Shown here piece after piece: positions 33,710-42,202 of a DNA stretch of 42,294 nt. The first letter of the stretch is position 1. Every line of letters begins with the position of its first letter. The translations under genes and the position numbers were made by a program. The notes beneath the pieces are model-generated. The model was not told where the DNA came from. It did no database searches and saw only the letters and a list, made by a program, of their open reading frames with translations. The stretch covers positions 1 through 42,294 of the IMG/VR virus record IMGVR_UViG_3300003310_000099; one strand, written 5' to 3'. The stretch comes from a virus (lineage: Duplodnaviria > Heunggongvirae > Uroviricota > Caudoviricetes).

Positions 33710-34473
33710 AGGTAGCGGTTTTCTCAATATGCCATAATGAGGAAGTTTTCTTGCCTTATTTTTTTAGGCATTATAAGTCTTTTGCGGATTATATTGTGGT
33801 GCTGGATAATCATTCCACAGATAATTCTTTTGATATTTGTAAGCGGGAAAGTAGTCATGTAGAAAAGCTAGACTCTGATGGTTTACATAATATTGATCTA
33901 ATGACTTCCTTGAAAAACAGTTATTGGAAGTCTCTCAAGGATTATGATTGGGTTTTCATTGTAGATATTGATGAAATTGTTTATCATCCTGACATGCGTG
34001 CTTTCTTGGATAAATCTAGAGCAAGACGGTATACTGTACTGAAGCCTACAGCTTATCAGATGGTTTGTGAAGCTTATCCAACAGGAGATGGACAGATCAC
34101 TGATATAATGCCATTCGGAGTGTTATCGACAAAGGAAGTGTGCCAGGCATTAATGTCTTGCGATATATTTGATAAAAAGTGTGTTATAAATCCCAAAGAG
34201 ATTAAGGAAACTAAATACGGGCATGGCGCACATGTGGCTAAAATGACTGGTCGTGTCAAGGGATTGTCTGACCCGAATTTGAAATTGTTGCATTACAGAT
34301 TTTTGGGGTTAGATTATTCACTTGCCAAAAATAAAATGAGAGCCAAAAGACTTATTGCCGAGTCAGTTGCAAAGGGTAGCAGTGTCCATTACCTGAAATC
34401 AGAGGAAGAGTTAATTGAGGCTTTTCAAAAAGCGATGAGCGATAGAGTTAATGTCAAAGAAATTGGAGTATAA
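33706..34473 (+). CDS. glycosyltransferase (GT-A, family 2/92-like)
   Basis: CHNEEVFLPYFFRHY, VVLDNHSTD, DWVFIVDIDE. Confidence 0.8.
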   Translation: MKVAVFSICHNEEVFLPYFFRHYKSFADYIVVLDNHSTDNSFDICKRESSHVEKLDSDGLHNIDLMTSLKNSYWKSLKDYDWVFIVDIDEIVYHPDMRAFLDKSRARRYTVLKPTAYQMVCEAYPTGDGQITDIMPFGVLSTKEVCQALMSCDIFDKKCVINPKEIKETKYGHGAHVAKMTGRVKGLSDPNLKLLHYRFLGLDYSLAKNKMRAKRLIAESVAKGSSVHYLKSEEELIEAFQKAMSDRVNVKEIGV

Positions 34474-35415
34474 ATGAACGTTTTTGACAAACTTGCGGCA
34501 GAAGAAGCGGCTTTTTTCAATTCACAATTGTTTTCTCCTGTTATTAAGGGGAAGCCGATCAGGGTCCGTATTTCTGGTGTTATTGTGACTTTGAGCGTCA
34601 CCAAGCCTAAGAATTTTGAAGGCTGGGGCGTCTTTGCACCTTCATCTGCCAAGACCGCCAAGTTTGTCCGTGAACCAAACATGACTGAGAAGCAGAGTTA
34701 TTTTAACCTGTTTCCATCTTTAAGGCTGATTCTGTGCCGCCGTACTAATGACCAATGGTTTGGTATTCCTGCCAACCAATCTGATAACAGGTTCAAGATT
34801 ACTGGTACTGTACCTATCAATCTTTGTACAGAAGTGCAGATGTTTGATATGGTACAGGTGCGTTTTGATGGCACCAATATCTGGTTTGAACAAATTGATC
34901 CAAGGCACAGTTTGAAAGCTGCGGCCTATCTGCGTGAATCCGTTATCAAGTTTCTTGATGCAGCCAAGCTTGAGCTTCCAGGCTTGACAATTGAGGAACG
35001 TGATGCGTATTTGATTGCTTTGAACGACGCATTAGCAGCAGATGCCGAAGCCCGCCGTGACAAGCAAGAAGAACGTATTCAGAAGGCATTGGCATTGACT
35101 GGAGCTAAGTACCAAAGTTATATTGAGCGTGGCGACACGTTTACCATTGAGTACATGGTCGGTCGTGAGCGTCACCGTTCTGTAGTCAAGAAGGATAATT
35201 TGGCTGTAGAATCAGCTGGTATCTGTTTGGCAGGTACTGATAGGAACTTTGACCTTCAAAGTTTGGTTGGTGTTATCAGGGAAGGTCAGCGTGGCCGTAG
35301 GATTGTTCGTGTTGGCGATAACCGTCAATTCGGCAATCCTAATGAATATGGTTACGAACAAGAGGATTACAACCGCCAATTAGACGGTGGCGGCTATGAT
35401 GAGGATGATTACTAA
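34474..35415 (+). CDS. conserved-looking hypothetical protein
   Basis: 313 aa; SD GGAG; same codon bias as the TROVE gene. Confidence 0.7.
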   Translation: MNVFDKLAAEEAAFFNSQLFSPVIKGKPIRVRISGVIVTLSVTKPKNFEGWGVFAPSSAKTAKFVREPNMTEKQSYFNLFPSLRLILCRRTNDQWFGIPANQSDNRFKITGTVPINLCTEVQMFDMVQVRFDGTNIWFEQIDPRHSLKAAAYLRESVIKFLDAAKLELPGLTIEERDAYLIALNDALAADAEARRDKQEERIQKALALTGAKYQSYIERGDTFTIEYMVGRERHRSVVKKDNLAVESAGICLAGTDRNFDLQSLVGVIREGQRGRRIVRVGDNRQFGNPNEYGYEQEDYNRQLDGGGYDEDDY

Positions 35416-35738
35416 TGAGAATCTGTGATATCATCAAACCCAATATACCTTGCCGCTTGGAACACCCCATTGTTGGTGAGGTATATTGGGGCATCAAGGA
35501 CGGTTGTTGGGGTTTGTATTTTGCCAAGGGTTATGATGCTCATAAATTCCTTGTCGCTGATGATGCCGTTTTAATGAGTGATGAATGGAAGCAAACAAAC
35601 AAGTTAAGCTCTGAAGACTTGGCTGGACTTATCGCTGACGCACTCATTCCCAAGTTCTTTATGAAGGAATGGTACGCTAAGGCGGTTAAAGTTATTGCTG
35701 AGGAAATTGACGCTAGAAAGGCAATGGGTGACTACTAA
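35415..35738 (+). CDS. hypothetical protein
   Basis: TAATG overlap. Confidence 0.6.
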   Translation: MRICDIIKPNIPCRLEHPIVGEVYWGIKDGCWGLYFAKGYDAHKFLVADDAVLMSDEWKQTNKLSSEDLAGLIADALIPKFFMKEWYAKAVKVIAEEIDARKAMGDY

Positions 35739-36430
35739 TGATGAATGAACAGTGTTGGGTTTTGGTTGGGGGAATTAATGGCGACCTTTGGTGGGGTGAG
35801 AAGTTTGGTCCTCAACATGAAGGTACGCCTGCCAGTGTTGCTTTTGACCCAGACTTTGTAACTAAGCGTGAAGAGGAACATGGTGATGTGGTAGGATTTA
35901 TCCACACTCACCCAAGTTTTACTGCGCATTATAGTATGCGTGATGATCGCACCATGAAGGCTTGGGTTTTATCTTTGGGTAAGCCTCTTGTCTGTTGTAT
36001 TATTGGCACGGATGGGCTGCGCGCATTTTGGTACAACAATGACGAAGACCCGCCAACTGAGGAAACAGTTCACTCTCTTCGTGGTGCGATCTTTGGGCTT
36101 ACACCACCAGAAGATTTTGAGCCTGAAAAAGATGATTTTTCAGATTTGATTATTGATGAACCACCACCTAGTCTGGGTGTAAACCAGCTTGTAAAGGTTA
36201 TTGCTGGTAAACATCAAGGGGTAGAAGGTAGAGTACAGTTTTATCAGACTGAAGGTGAAGGCGGGAGAATAAGGGTACGTCTTGCTGATGGTAGCCAAAT
36301 CTATGTTGATAAAGAAGATATAGATTTTAAGTTTGAGTATATCGACGCAGAGGTAATGATGGATGAAGAGGAACGTGAAGCTTTCCATCAGCAAATCAAG
36401 GAAATAAAAGAAGGTGAATATTTATCATGA
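35738..36430 (+). CDS. JAB/MPN+ (JAMM) metalloprotease with C-terminal KOW-like domain
   Basis: VVGFIHTHPSFTAHYSMRD = HxH-x7-S-x2-D; LVKVIAGKHQGVEGRV (KOW). Confidence 0.8.
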   Translation: MMNEQCWVLVGGINGDLWWGEKFGPQHEGTPASVAFDPDFVTKREEEHGDVVGFIHTHPSFTAHYSMRDDRTMKAWVLSLGKPLVCCIIGTDGLRAFWYNNDEDPPTEETVHSLRGAIFGLTPPEDFEPEKDDFSDLIIDEPPPSLGVNQLVKVIAGKHQGVEGRVQFYQTEGEGGRIRVRLADGSQIYVDKEDIDFKFEYIDAEVMMDEEEREAFHQQIKEIKEGEYLS

Positions 36431-36609
36431 ATATGTTTGAAATAGTTTTACATTGTATTTACATTACAATATGTGTTACCAGAGTCCTTAAACATCCATT
36501 ATTCACAACGGATTTCGTGGCCCGTAAACTGTGGTTTGATTGGATAAGTTTTCTATGGTTTGCTTTAGGACTTGCAACCTTTATCAACTTGGTTTACTCG
36601 CTGTTATAA
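36427..36609 (+). CDS. small membrane protein
   Basis: two hydrophobic segments. Confidence 0.5.
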   Translation: MNMFEIVLHCIYITICVTRVLKHPLFTTDFVARKLWFDWISFLWFALGLATFINLVYSLL

Positions 36610-36618
36610 GGAGTAATC

Positions 36619-36867
36619 ATGAAAGTGCCATACAACAAGGAAGCGATCATTGAGTGTATGTCGCAAGTGCTGCCAGATCAAGGTGGTGACTTAGAAGCGT
36701 GGATTGATAGAGAATTTGCAAGATTTAGGCAAATGGGTCGCAAGTTACCTGCACAGATTAGTCTGAATACTTTACAAAGTGCCTGGATTGGAAGATATAA
36801 ACGACGTGGTGGGAGTATGGGTGGTTGTGTCAATGGGCGTGTCATTCGTTCTGCAAAGGGGTTATAA
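36619..36867 (+). CDS. hypothetical protein
   Basis: SD AAGGAG. Confidence 0.6.
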   Translation: MKVPYNKEAIIECMSQVLPDQGGDLEAWIDREFARFRQMGRKLPAQISLNTLQSAWIGRYKRRGGSMGGCVNGRVIRSAKGL

Positions 36868-37545
36868 ATGAGCCGTTTCTTTGTCCCAATCACTGTGGAT
36901 GAATTAAAAAAGAAAGTTGATGATGCTCTTGGCGAAGATGGTTATGATTATCGCCATCTGACTCCAACGATAGAAAAAGATTTAGATAAGGTCAATTTCA
37001 GCACAGAGAATCTGGAAGCTGAAAATGGTTATGGCTCAGTTAAAGATTTAGTCGGTTATCATATGTTGTCTAATGGAATGCCAATTTTGGGTATTTCAGC
37101 AGGTGGTGATTGGGAATACCCGATGTTCTTCTGCATCTATTTTGATGGGAAGAAATTGAGGGCTTATATCCCAGAAAAAGGCAATACCTGGAACACAGAC
37201 ACCAAAGAAGCCTATGGCAATGATAATGTTGCTGATTTAAAGAACGCAAGGAAGCGTTGGCCTGACCAATATCCTACTGATGTAGAGGCTGATGAAGATG
37301 AGGACGTTGAGCCAATCGGCAATACTGATGAAATTGCCAAGGATATCATGGACCGTATCGTTAAGAAGACGGAACCACAGAAGAATGTTGTGGTAAAGTT
37401 GACCCTGGAACCAGTTGCAGGTTGGGATAGTAATGCTATTGAAACTTTGATTAAAGCTTCAAATGGTTGCAATATCCCAGGCTTGGGCAATGTTTATCAA
37501 GGAACCAGAGTGATTGCTCAGATTACTAAGGTGGAAATTAAATGA
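36868..37545 (+). CDS. hypothetical protein
   Basis: 225-aa ORF in operon. Confidence 0.65.
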   Translation: MSRFFVPITVDELKKKVDDALGEDGYDYRHLTPTIEKDLDKVNFSTENLEAENGYGSVKDLVGYHMLSNGMPILGISAGGDWEYPMFFCIYFDGKKLRAYIPEKGNTWNTDTKEAYGNDNVADLKNARKRWPDQYPTDVEADEDEDVEPIGNTDEIAKDIMDRIVKKTEPQKNVVVKLTLEPVAGWDSNAIETLIKASNGCNIPGLGNVYQGTRVIAQITKVEIK

Positions 37546-37727
37546 TTTCTAAAGAACAACTTGATAAAATGGACACGCCTACTCTTGAAAAAGAAATCAA
37601 GAGTAGGCGTGAATTAATGGATCAAATGGTAGGGTGGCTTTATCCTGCAATCCTCAGAGATGAGATTATTCAGCTTTCTGAGCGTTTACAACAGAGTGAA
37701 CTTTCTAGGCTTATCCCTCGCAGCTAA
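37542..37727 (+). CDS. hypothetical protein
   Basis: ATGA overlap. Confidence 0.5.
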   Translation: MISKEQLDKMDTPTLEKEIKSRRELMDQMVGWLYPAILRDEIIQLSERLQQSELSRLIPRS

Positions 37728-39197
37728 CCAAGCCTGGAATTCTTTTTCTTTCGTAACGTCATCTGCTGGTTGTGGTTTCTTTCCAGCGATAATACCCATT
37801 GTCTTTAATTTGTCTAAATCAAAAGGTACAGGTGTAGCAGTTTTCTCTCCAGCAACATCGGTATAAGGTGCCAAAGCTGACTTGCCTGCTGCTTTCAAGT
37901 AATCTCCGCTGCACATACTTGGGTATTTTCTGCAATAAGCTTCGATTTCATCAAACTTGCCAATGAGTCTTTTATAATGCGGGGACTTGGCAAGTTGCAT
38001 TTTTTCATAATCGGAAAGTTCACCAGATAAAAGACCAGCTATAACACGCTGTTCATCCTTATACATGGCTTTAGTTTTGGCATAACCACCAGTCATATTC
38101 TTTTTACTTAAATTTCTTTTATCAATAAGTTCATTAGCTCTTTGAACGAATGCACTATTCTCTGGGTAATTGGTTATGCTTGGGTCATTTGGCTGTACGA
38201 CGAAACCACTAGTTCCAATGAATTTATTATCATTGGTGCTATAGCTTTCAAATGCAGATGCGCCCTTAGCTGTTAGCCCAATAACCAATCCTGGTTTGCC
38301 TTTTGGTTGTTTTTCCAAGAATCTTAGGTCATGCTTGTCGCCGTTTATTACTTTGAATCCGTTCCATACAGCAGGCAATAGTGGTCTGCCATCTGGATAT
38401 GTTAAGGTTTCTTTATTATGTGTTTTTCCAGGGCCGAATACTACTGCAACATTGTGACCTTGTTGGAGCATTTGTAATGCTTGTGCATCATTATTTTCTG
38501 AACGGGAGAAGGTTAAATGATAATTGTCTGGGGTTGTACCTACCCTCGGTGCTACTTTGGTGTAATCATAGAACATAATGTCTGGGAAACGTTCCATGAG
38601 GGTGCGGCCATCTTCATCTCTCATATTTTCCCAATGCAGGTCGCTGGTGCCGTTTAATCTTACAACCAGTTTATTTCCTCTTTCTGTCACTCTATCCCTT
38701 AGTCCATAAAGAAATTTAGCCATGTTGGAGATGACGTGAGGCATTTCTTTGGCTAGAAACCAAGTCTTTTTTAACCTTGCTGAAGTTTTATCAGCTAATG
38801 CACCTATATTGCCAGAAGTTTGTAAGCAAGTTGATTTACAACCGCCAGATGCACATGGACAGGTAACGAATCCAGATTGAGCGGCAGGTGTTAAATGGAC
38901 AACAAAGCTTTCATAACCATTTGCATTGCCTAAAGTGCGGTTCATTACATGACGATTAATTCCAGGTAATTTAGACATTTTACCTTCCTGGCTTACAAGG
39001 TCGCTTTTACTAGTTTTGGGATTTTTGGAAAAGAAATCTCTAGCTCTGGAACGCCAAGGGGCTTTTTTTCTGCCAGTTTCAAATTCTGAGCGGTCATCTT
39101 CAAGTAAATACTCTGAGCCATAAAGACAATTATTGAAATTGGTGTAATATTTAATATCTTCATTGACAGAAGTAAAAAACTTGAATCCTGTGAGCAT
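37686..39197 (-). CDS. GP88-like phage protein with Cys cluster (CPCASGGCKSTC)
   Basis: VRLNGTSD, FYDYTK, NYHLTFS, NVAVVF, GDKHDLRF motifs; start re-assigned to ATG 39197 (TAAATA-N4-ATG, MLTGFKFF). Confidence 0.65.
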   Translation of the reverse strand: MLTGFKFFTSVNEDIKYYTNFNNCLYGSEYLLEDDRSEFETGRKKAPWRSRARDFFSKNPKTSKSDLVSQEGKMSKLPGINRHVMNRTLGNANGYESFVVHLTPAAQSGFVTCPCASGGCKSTCLQTSGNIGALADKTSARLKKTWFLAKEMPHVISNMAKFLYGLRDRVTERGNKLVVRLNGTSDLHWENMRDEDGRTLMERFPDIMFYDYTKVAPRVGTTPDNYHLTFSRSENNDAQALQMLQQGHNVAVVFGPGKTHNKETLTYPDGRPLLPAVWNGFKVINGDKHDLRFLEKQPKGKPGLVIGLTAKGASAFESYSTNDNKFIGTSGFVVQPNDPSITNYPENSAFVQRANELIDKRNLSKKNMTGGYAKTKAMYKDEQRVIAGLLSGELSDYEKMQLAKSPHYKRLIGKFDEIEAYCRKYPSMCSGDYLKAAGKSALAPYTDVAGEKTATPVPFDLDKLKTMGIIAGKKPQPADDVTKEKEFQAWLAARDKPRKFTLL

Positions 39198-39234
39198 GAA
39201 GTATTTAGTGAAATGCACGAAAAAATGGATGAAG

Positions 39235-39262
39235 TTGACAAAGTGGGAAAAAGTAGTATAGT
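39235..39262 (+). promoter_or_regulatory. sigma70-type promoter for the E1/ThiF gene
   Basis: TTGACA-N16-TATAGT. Confidence 0.7.
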
Positions 39263-39281
39263 AAGCATCATGGAGGGCAAA

Positions 39282-39929
39282 ATGGCAAATAGCAAGTTCC
39301 ATCACGAAGAGATTTATCGCGGCAAGAATCTTGCAGAAAGACTTGCTGTGCCCATTACGGTATGTGGTGCAGGTTCTATTGGCAGTAATCTTGTTGACAA
39401 CCTGACTCGTCAAGGGTTCAGCAAACTCACTGTTATTGACATGGACCGTGTTGAAGTCCATAATCTCAATACTCAGATTTATGCTGAGGCCGATGTTGGT
39501 GCGCTCAAGGTGGATGCACTCAAGAACCGTATTTTCCGTAATATTGGCGTTGAAATTGAAGCAGTAAACAAGGAAATGACTGCCGCAAATGTAAAGCAAT
39601 TATTAAAGAAGGCAAGTGTTGTCGTTGATTGTTTTGATAACAACAAGGCGCGTCAATTGGTTCAAACTTTCGTAAGGGAGAAGCGTACTTCTTGTTTACA
39701 CGTTGGTTTGAATGGGGATTATGGGGAAGTTATCTGGGACGAAAAGTACCGTGTGCCCAAGGACCAGACTGACGGTGATGTTTGTGATTATCCACTTGCT
39801 CGCAATATCGCAATGTTGGCTGTTATTGTTGCAACTGAAGAACTTTTGAGTTTCCAATTGGAGCAGCCGCCAAGGTTATCTAATTGGAGCATTACTCTCA
39901 AGGATTTGGCGATCAAGAAATTTTCTTGA
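39282..39929 (+). CDS. ThiF/MoeB/E1-like adenylating enzyme
   Basis: CGAGSIG, IDMDRVEVHNLNTQ, KVDAL, VVDCFDN; Cys in GDVCDYP; start at ATG 39282 after GGAGG. Confidence 0.9.
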   Translation: MANSKFHHEEIYRGKNLAERLAVPITVCGAGSIGSNLVDNLTRQGFSKLTVIDMDRVEVHNLNTQIYAEADVGALKVDALKNRIFRNIGVEIEAVNKEMTAANVKQLLKKASVVVDCFDNNKARQLVQTFVREKRTSCLHVGLNGDYGEVIWDEKYRVPKDQTDGDVCDYPLARNIAMLAVIVATEELLSFQLEQPPRLSNWSITLKDLAIKKFS

Positions 39930-40058
39930 AATTTTTTTTCAAACATTTACTTCTTTAAGTAGAAGATGATATCCAAAGGGCAACATGTGTATTGATGCTC
40001 GTAGGAAGAAGCATCAAATTTTTACAATTAGTGCTAAGCACTAGAAAGGTTTATTACA

Positions 40059-40175
40059 ATGGCTAAGGAAAAGAGTCCTAAGAAGGAAACGAAGAAGGCC
40101 CCAAAGAAGGCGGCAACCAAGAAGACCCCAGCAAAGGCACCAGCCAAGACTTGTACAAAGACTTGTAGCAAGTAA
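40059..40175 (+). CDS. 38-aa Lys/Ala/Pro-rich histone-H1-like peptide (not in ORF track)
   Basis: MAKEKSPKKETKKAPKKAATKKTPAKAPAKTCTKTCSK; AGAAAGGT upstream. Confidence 0.65.
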   Translation: MAKEKSPKKETKKAPKKAATKKTPAKAPAKTCTKTCSK

Positions 40176-40241
40176 TGTAAAATGGTAGTATTCAATCTCA
40201 CTAAGGAATTGTCCTTGGTGAGATTATTTTTTGGAGTTTGT

Positions 40242-40919
40242 ATGAAAAAGTTTTTATTGTCTGTGGTTGCAATGTTAATTGCACCACTTGCCTTACTTGC
40301 TGGTGAAATTACTGTTGTAGGCAGTGGCACCGTATCACTGCCAGCTACAACAGGATATATTTCAGTGTCAGTCGTCACTGAAGCGAAGTCACCAGCCGAT
40401 GCACTTGCTCTTAATAAGGATGCAACAAATAACATTTTTGCACTCCTGAAAAAGCTCAATGTTAAAAAAGAGGAAATGCAGACGCAAGGCATCGAATTGT
40501 CCCCAAAATATGTTTACACACCAAATCAAGAACCCGCACTTGTAGGCTATACAGTCAAGTATTCCTTACAGGTGACTGTGTGTGACATAGCTGATACTGG
40601 TAAAGTGTTAGATGGTATTGTCAGGGAAGGTGCAAATCGTGTTAATAGTGTAAGATTTGGCCTTACTGAGGAAAAAATGCAGGAAGCATTAGCCAAAGCT
40701 AGAGTAGATGCTGCAAAGAACGCTAAAGAAAGAGCCGAACTTTATGCGAAGGCTTTGAATCCAAATGCGAAGTTAAAGCTAAAAACTCTTGCTGAACAAC
40801 ACACATATTCTGGGCCAAGAGCAGAATATGCTATGATGGATCGAAAATCATCCACCAATGTTGAGGGTGGTGAAATGGCGATCAAGGTCCAAGTAACTAC
40901 GGTTTGGGACTGTGATTAA
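40242..40919 (+). CDS. SIMPL/DUF541 (YggE/BP26-like) exported protein
   Basis: signal peptide MKKFLLSVVAMLIAPLALLA; ITVVGSG...GANRVNSVRF...ARVDAAKNAKERAELYAKAL. Confidence 0.85.
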   Translation: MKKFLLSVVAMLIAPLALLAGEITVVGSGTVSLPATTGYISVSVVTEAKSPADALALNKDATNNIFALLKKLNVKKEEMQTQGIELSPKYVYTPNQEPALVGYTVKYSLQVTVCDIADTGKVLDGIVREGANRVNSVRFGLTEEKMQEALAKARVDAAKNAKERAELYAKALNPNAKLKLKTLAEQHTYSGPRAEYAMMDRKSSTNVEGGEMAIKVQVTTVWDCD

Positions 40920-40934
40920 GTTTAGGTTTTATTT

Positions 40935-40967
40935 AAAATCCCACTAAGACGATCTTAGTGGGATTTT
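40935..40967. terminator. intrinsic terminator
   Basis: AAAATCCCACTAAGA-cga-TCTTAGTGGGATTTT. Confidence 0.85.
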
Positions 40968-40993
40968 TCTTTTCTTAAAGACTAAATAAATGA

Positions 40994-41893
40994 ATGAGAT
41001 TTCGTAATTGGTTTGAATCTGAGGAAGAATCTGGCGGTCCTTGGGCACATGAACATCCTTGGCTTAAAAGACTAGGTAAAGTTGATTATAATAAATCACA
41101 AGTAAACCTATTTGTTGATGCGATGGCTGATAAAGACAAAAATGCCGTTGCGTTGTACAATTTCTTGAATCGTAAGTCTTATAGCGATGAAAGATACAAT
41201 AAACCAATTTCCAACAATTTATTAATTCACAGTGATTTGAGACTCAAGAATGCAGTTGGTAAGATCGAGACTTCTTTTGGCGAATTCAAGTTTATTGCTT
41301 CTGGAGAAAATGCAGGTAGTATTTTTATAAAACATCCTCCAGTTATTTATGACGAGGCAGATAAACTTGCTATGTTTGGAGTTGTTGTTCATGAATTGGC
41401 ACACGCCGATCATTGGACAAAAGACAAAAGATTCAAACCAGCACCAATTTATTCTTTCAATAATGAGAAATATCAAAGGCATTGGACCGAATGCAGGGCT
41501 TATTCACAACAACTGATTGCTTTACTACACAATATTCCAGATAGGCAATCTATTTTGAATATTTTTGACAGACCGCCAGAAACAGACTTTTTTGATTTTC
41601 AAGGAAAACAACATCCATACACAAAGGTTTCTCCTTTTTCTTGGTCGCCATCTTTACTTGAATTTGCAAAAATGTTCTTGGCATACTACCAAGGAAGGAA
41701 TGAAGGTGTTATGGCTAACATTGCCGCACCATTAGTAACTGCGGCAGCAATGTTGAATCCACAACCAGGATTGCCAGCACAGTCGCAACCAGTTATGCAG
41801 CAACAAGTTGTTTCTCAGAAGAGTGAGGCAGCAGACCTGATAAAGCAAATTGTTCAGAAAATGCTTTTCAGAAATTTCTTGATTCAGGTTTGA
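40994..41893 (+). CDS. zincin-like (HExxH) protein with capsid-targeting-like N-terminus
   Basis: VVVHELAH...TECRAY; MRFRNWFESEEE; TAAATA-N5-ATG. Confidence 0.65.
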   Translation: MRFRNWFESEEESGGPWAHEHPWLKRLGKVDYNKSQVNLFVDAMADKDKNAVALYNFLNRKSYSDERYNKPISNNLLIHSDLRLKNAVGKIETSFGEFKFIASGENAGSIFIKHPPVIYDEADKLAMFGVVVHELAHADHWTKDKRFKPAPIYSFNNEKYQRHWTECRAYSQQLIALLHNIPDRQSILNIFDRPPETDFFDFQGKQHPYTKVSPFSWSPSLLEFAKMFLAYYQGRNEGVMANIAAPLVTAAAMLNPQPGLPAQSQPVMQQQVVSQKSEAADLIKQIVQKMLFRNFLIQV

Positions 41894-42004
41894 GTTTTTG
41901 ATATAGTAGGGGTTCCTTTCCTTCGGTGGCTTATTTTATTCTCCGCGAAATAAGTTGCCACAGATTGCCCTGGAAGACAATTCCAGGGCAATCACTTTTT
42001 CTGG

Positions 42005-42032
42005 TTGACAACGGGGAAATTTGTGCTATAGT
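42005..42032 (+). promoter_or_regulatory. sigma70-type promoter
   Basis: TTGACA-N16-TATAGT with TG extension. Confidence 0.7.
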
Positions 42033-42130
42033 AAGGGAGTAAGACAAACGCAGCCCGAAAAGAAAAATAATTTTCGGATTTCTCTTGCAAAAAAGAAATG
42101 GGCTGCGTATATTATCTAGTAGAGATTTAT

Positions 42131-42202
42131 ACCAGAGTAGAGAAGCAGTATCTCGCTTGGCTCATAACCAAGAAATCGGTGGTGCAAATCCATCCTCTGG
42201 AA
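42131..42202 (+). tRNA. tRNA with CAT anticodon (Met; 1:72 mismatch suggests initiator-like)
   Basis: ACCAGAG/CTCTGGA; GAGA-AGCAGTA-TCTC; CTTGG-CTCATAA-CCAAG; GGTGG-TGCAAAT-CCATC. Confidence 0.8.

Noticed and set aside
39198-39599. N-terminal extension of the 637-aa ORF
   Set aside because: Overlaps the E1 gene and its promoter on the opposite strand; a better start exists at 39197.
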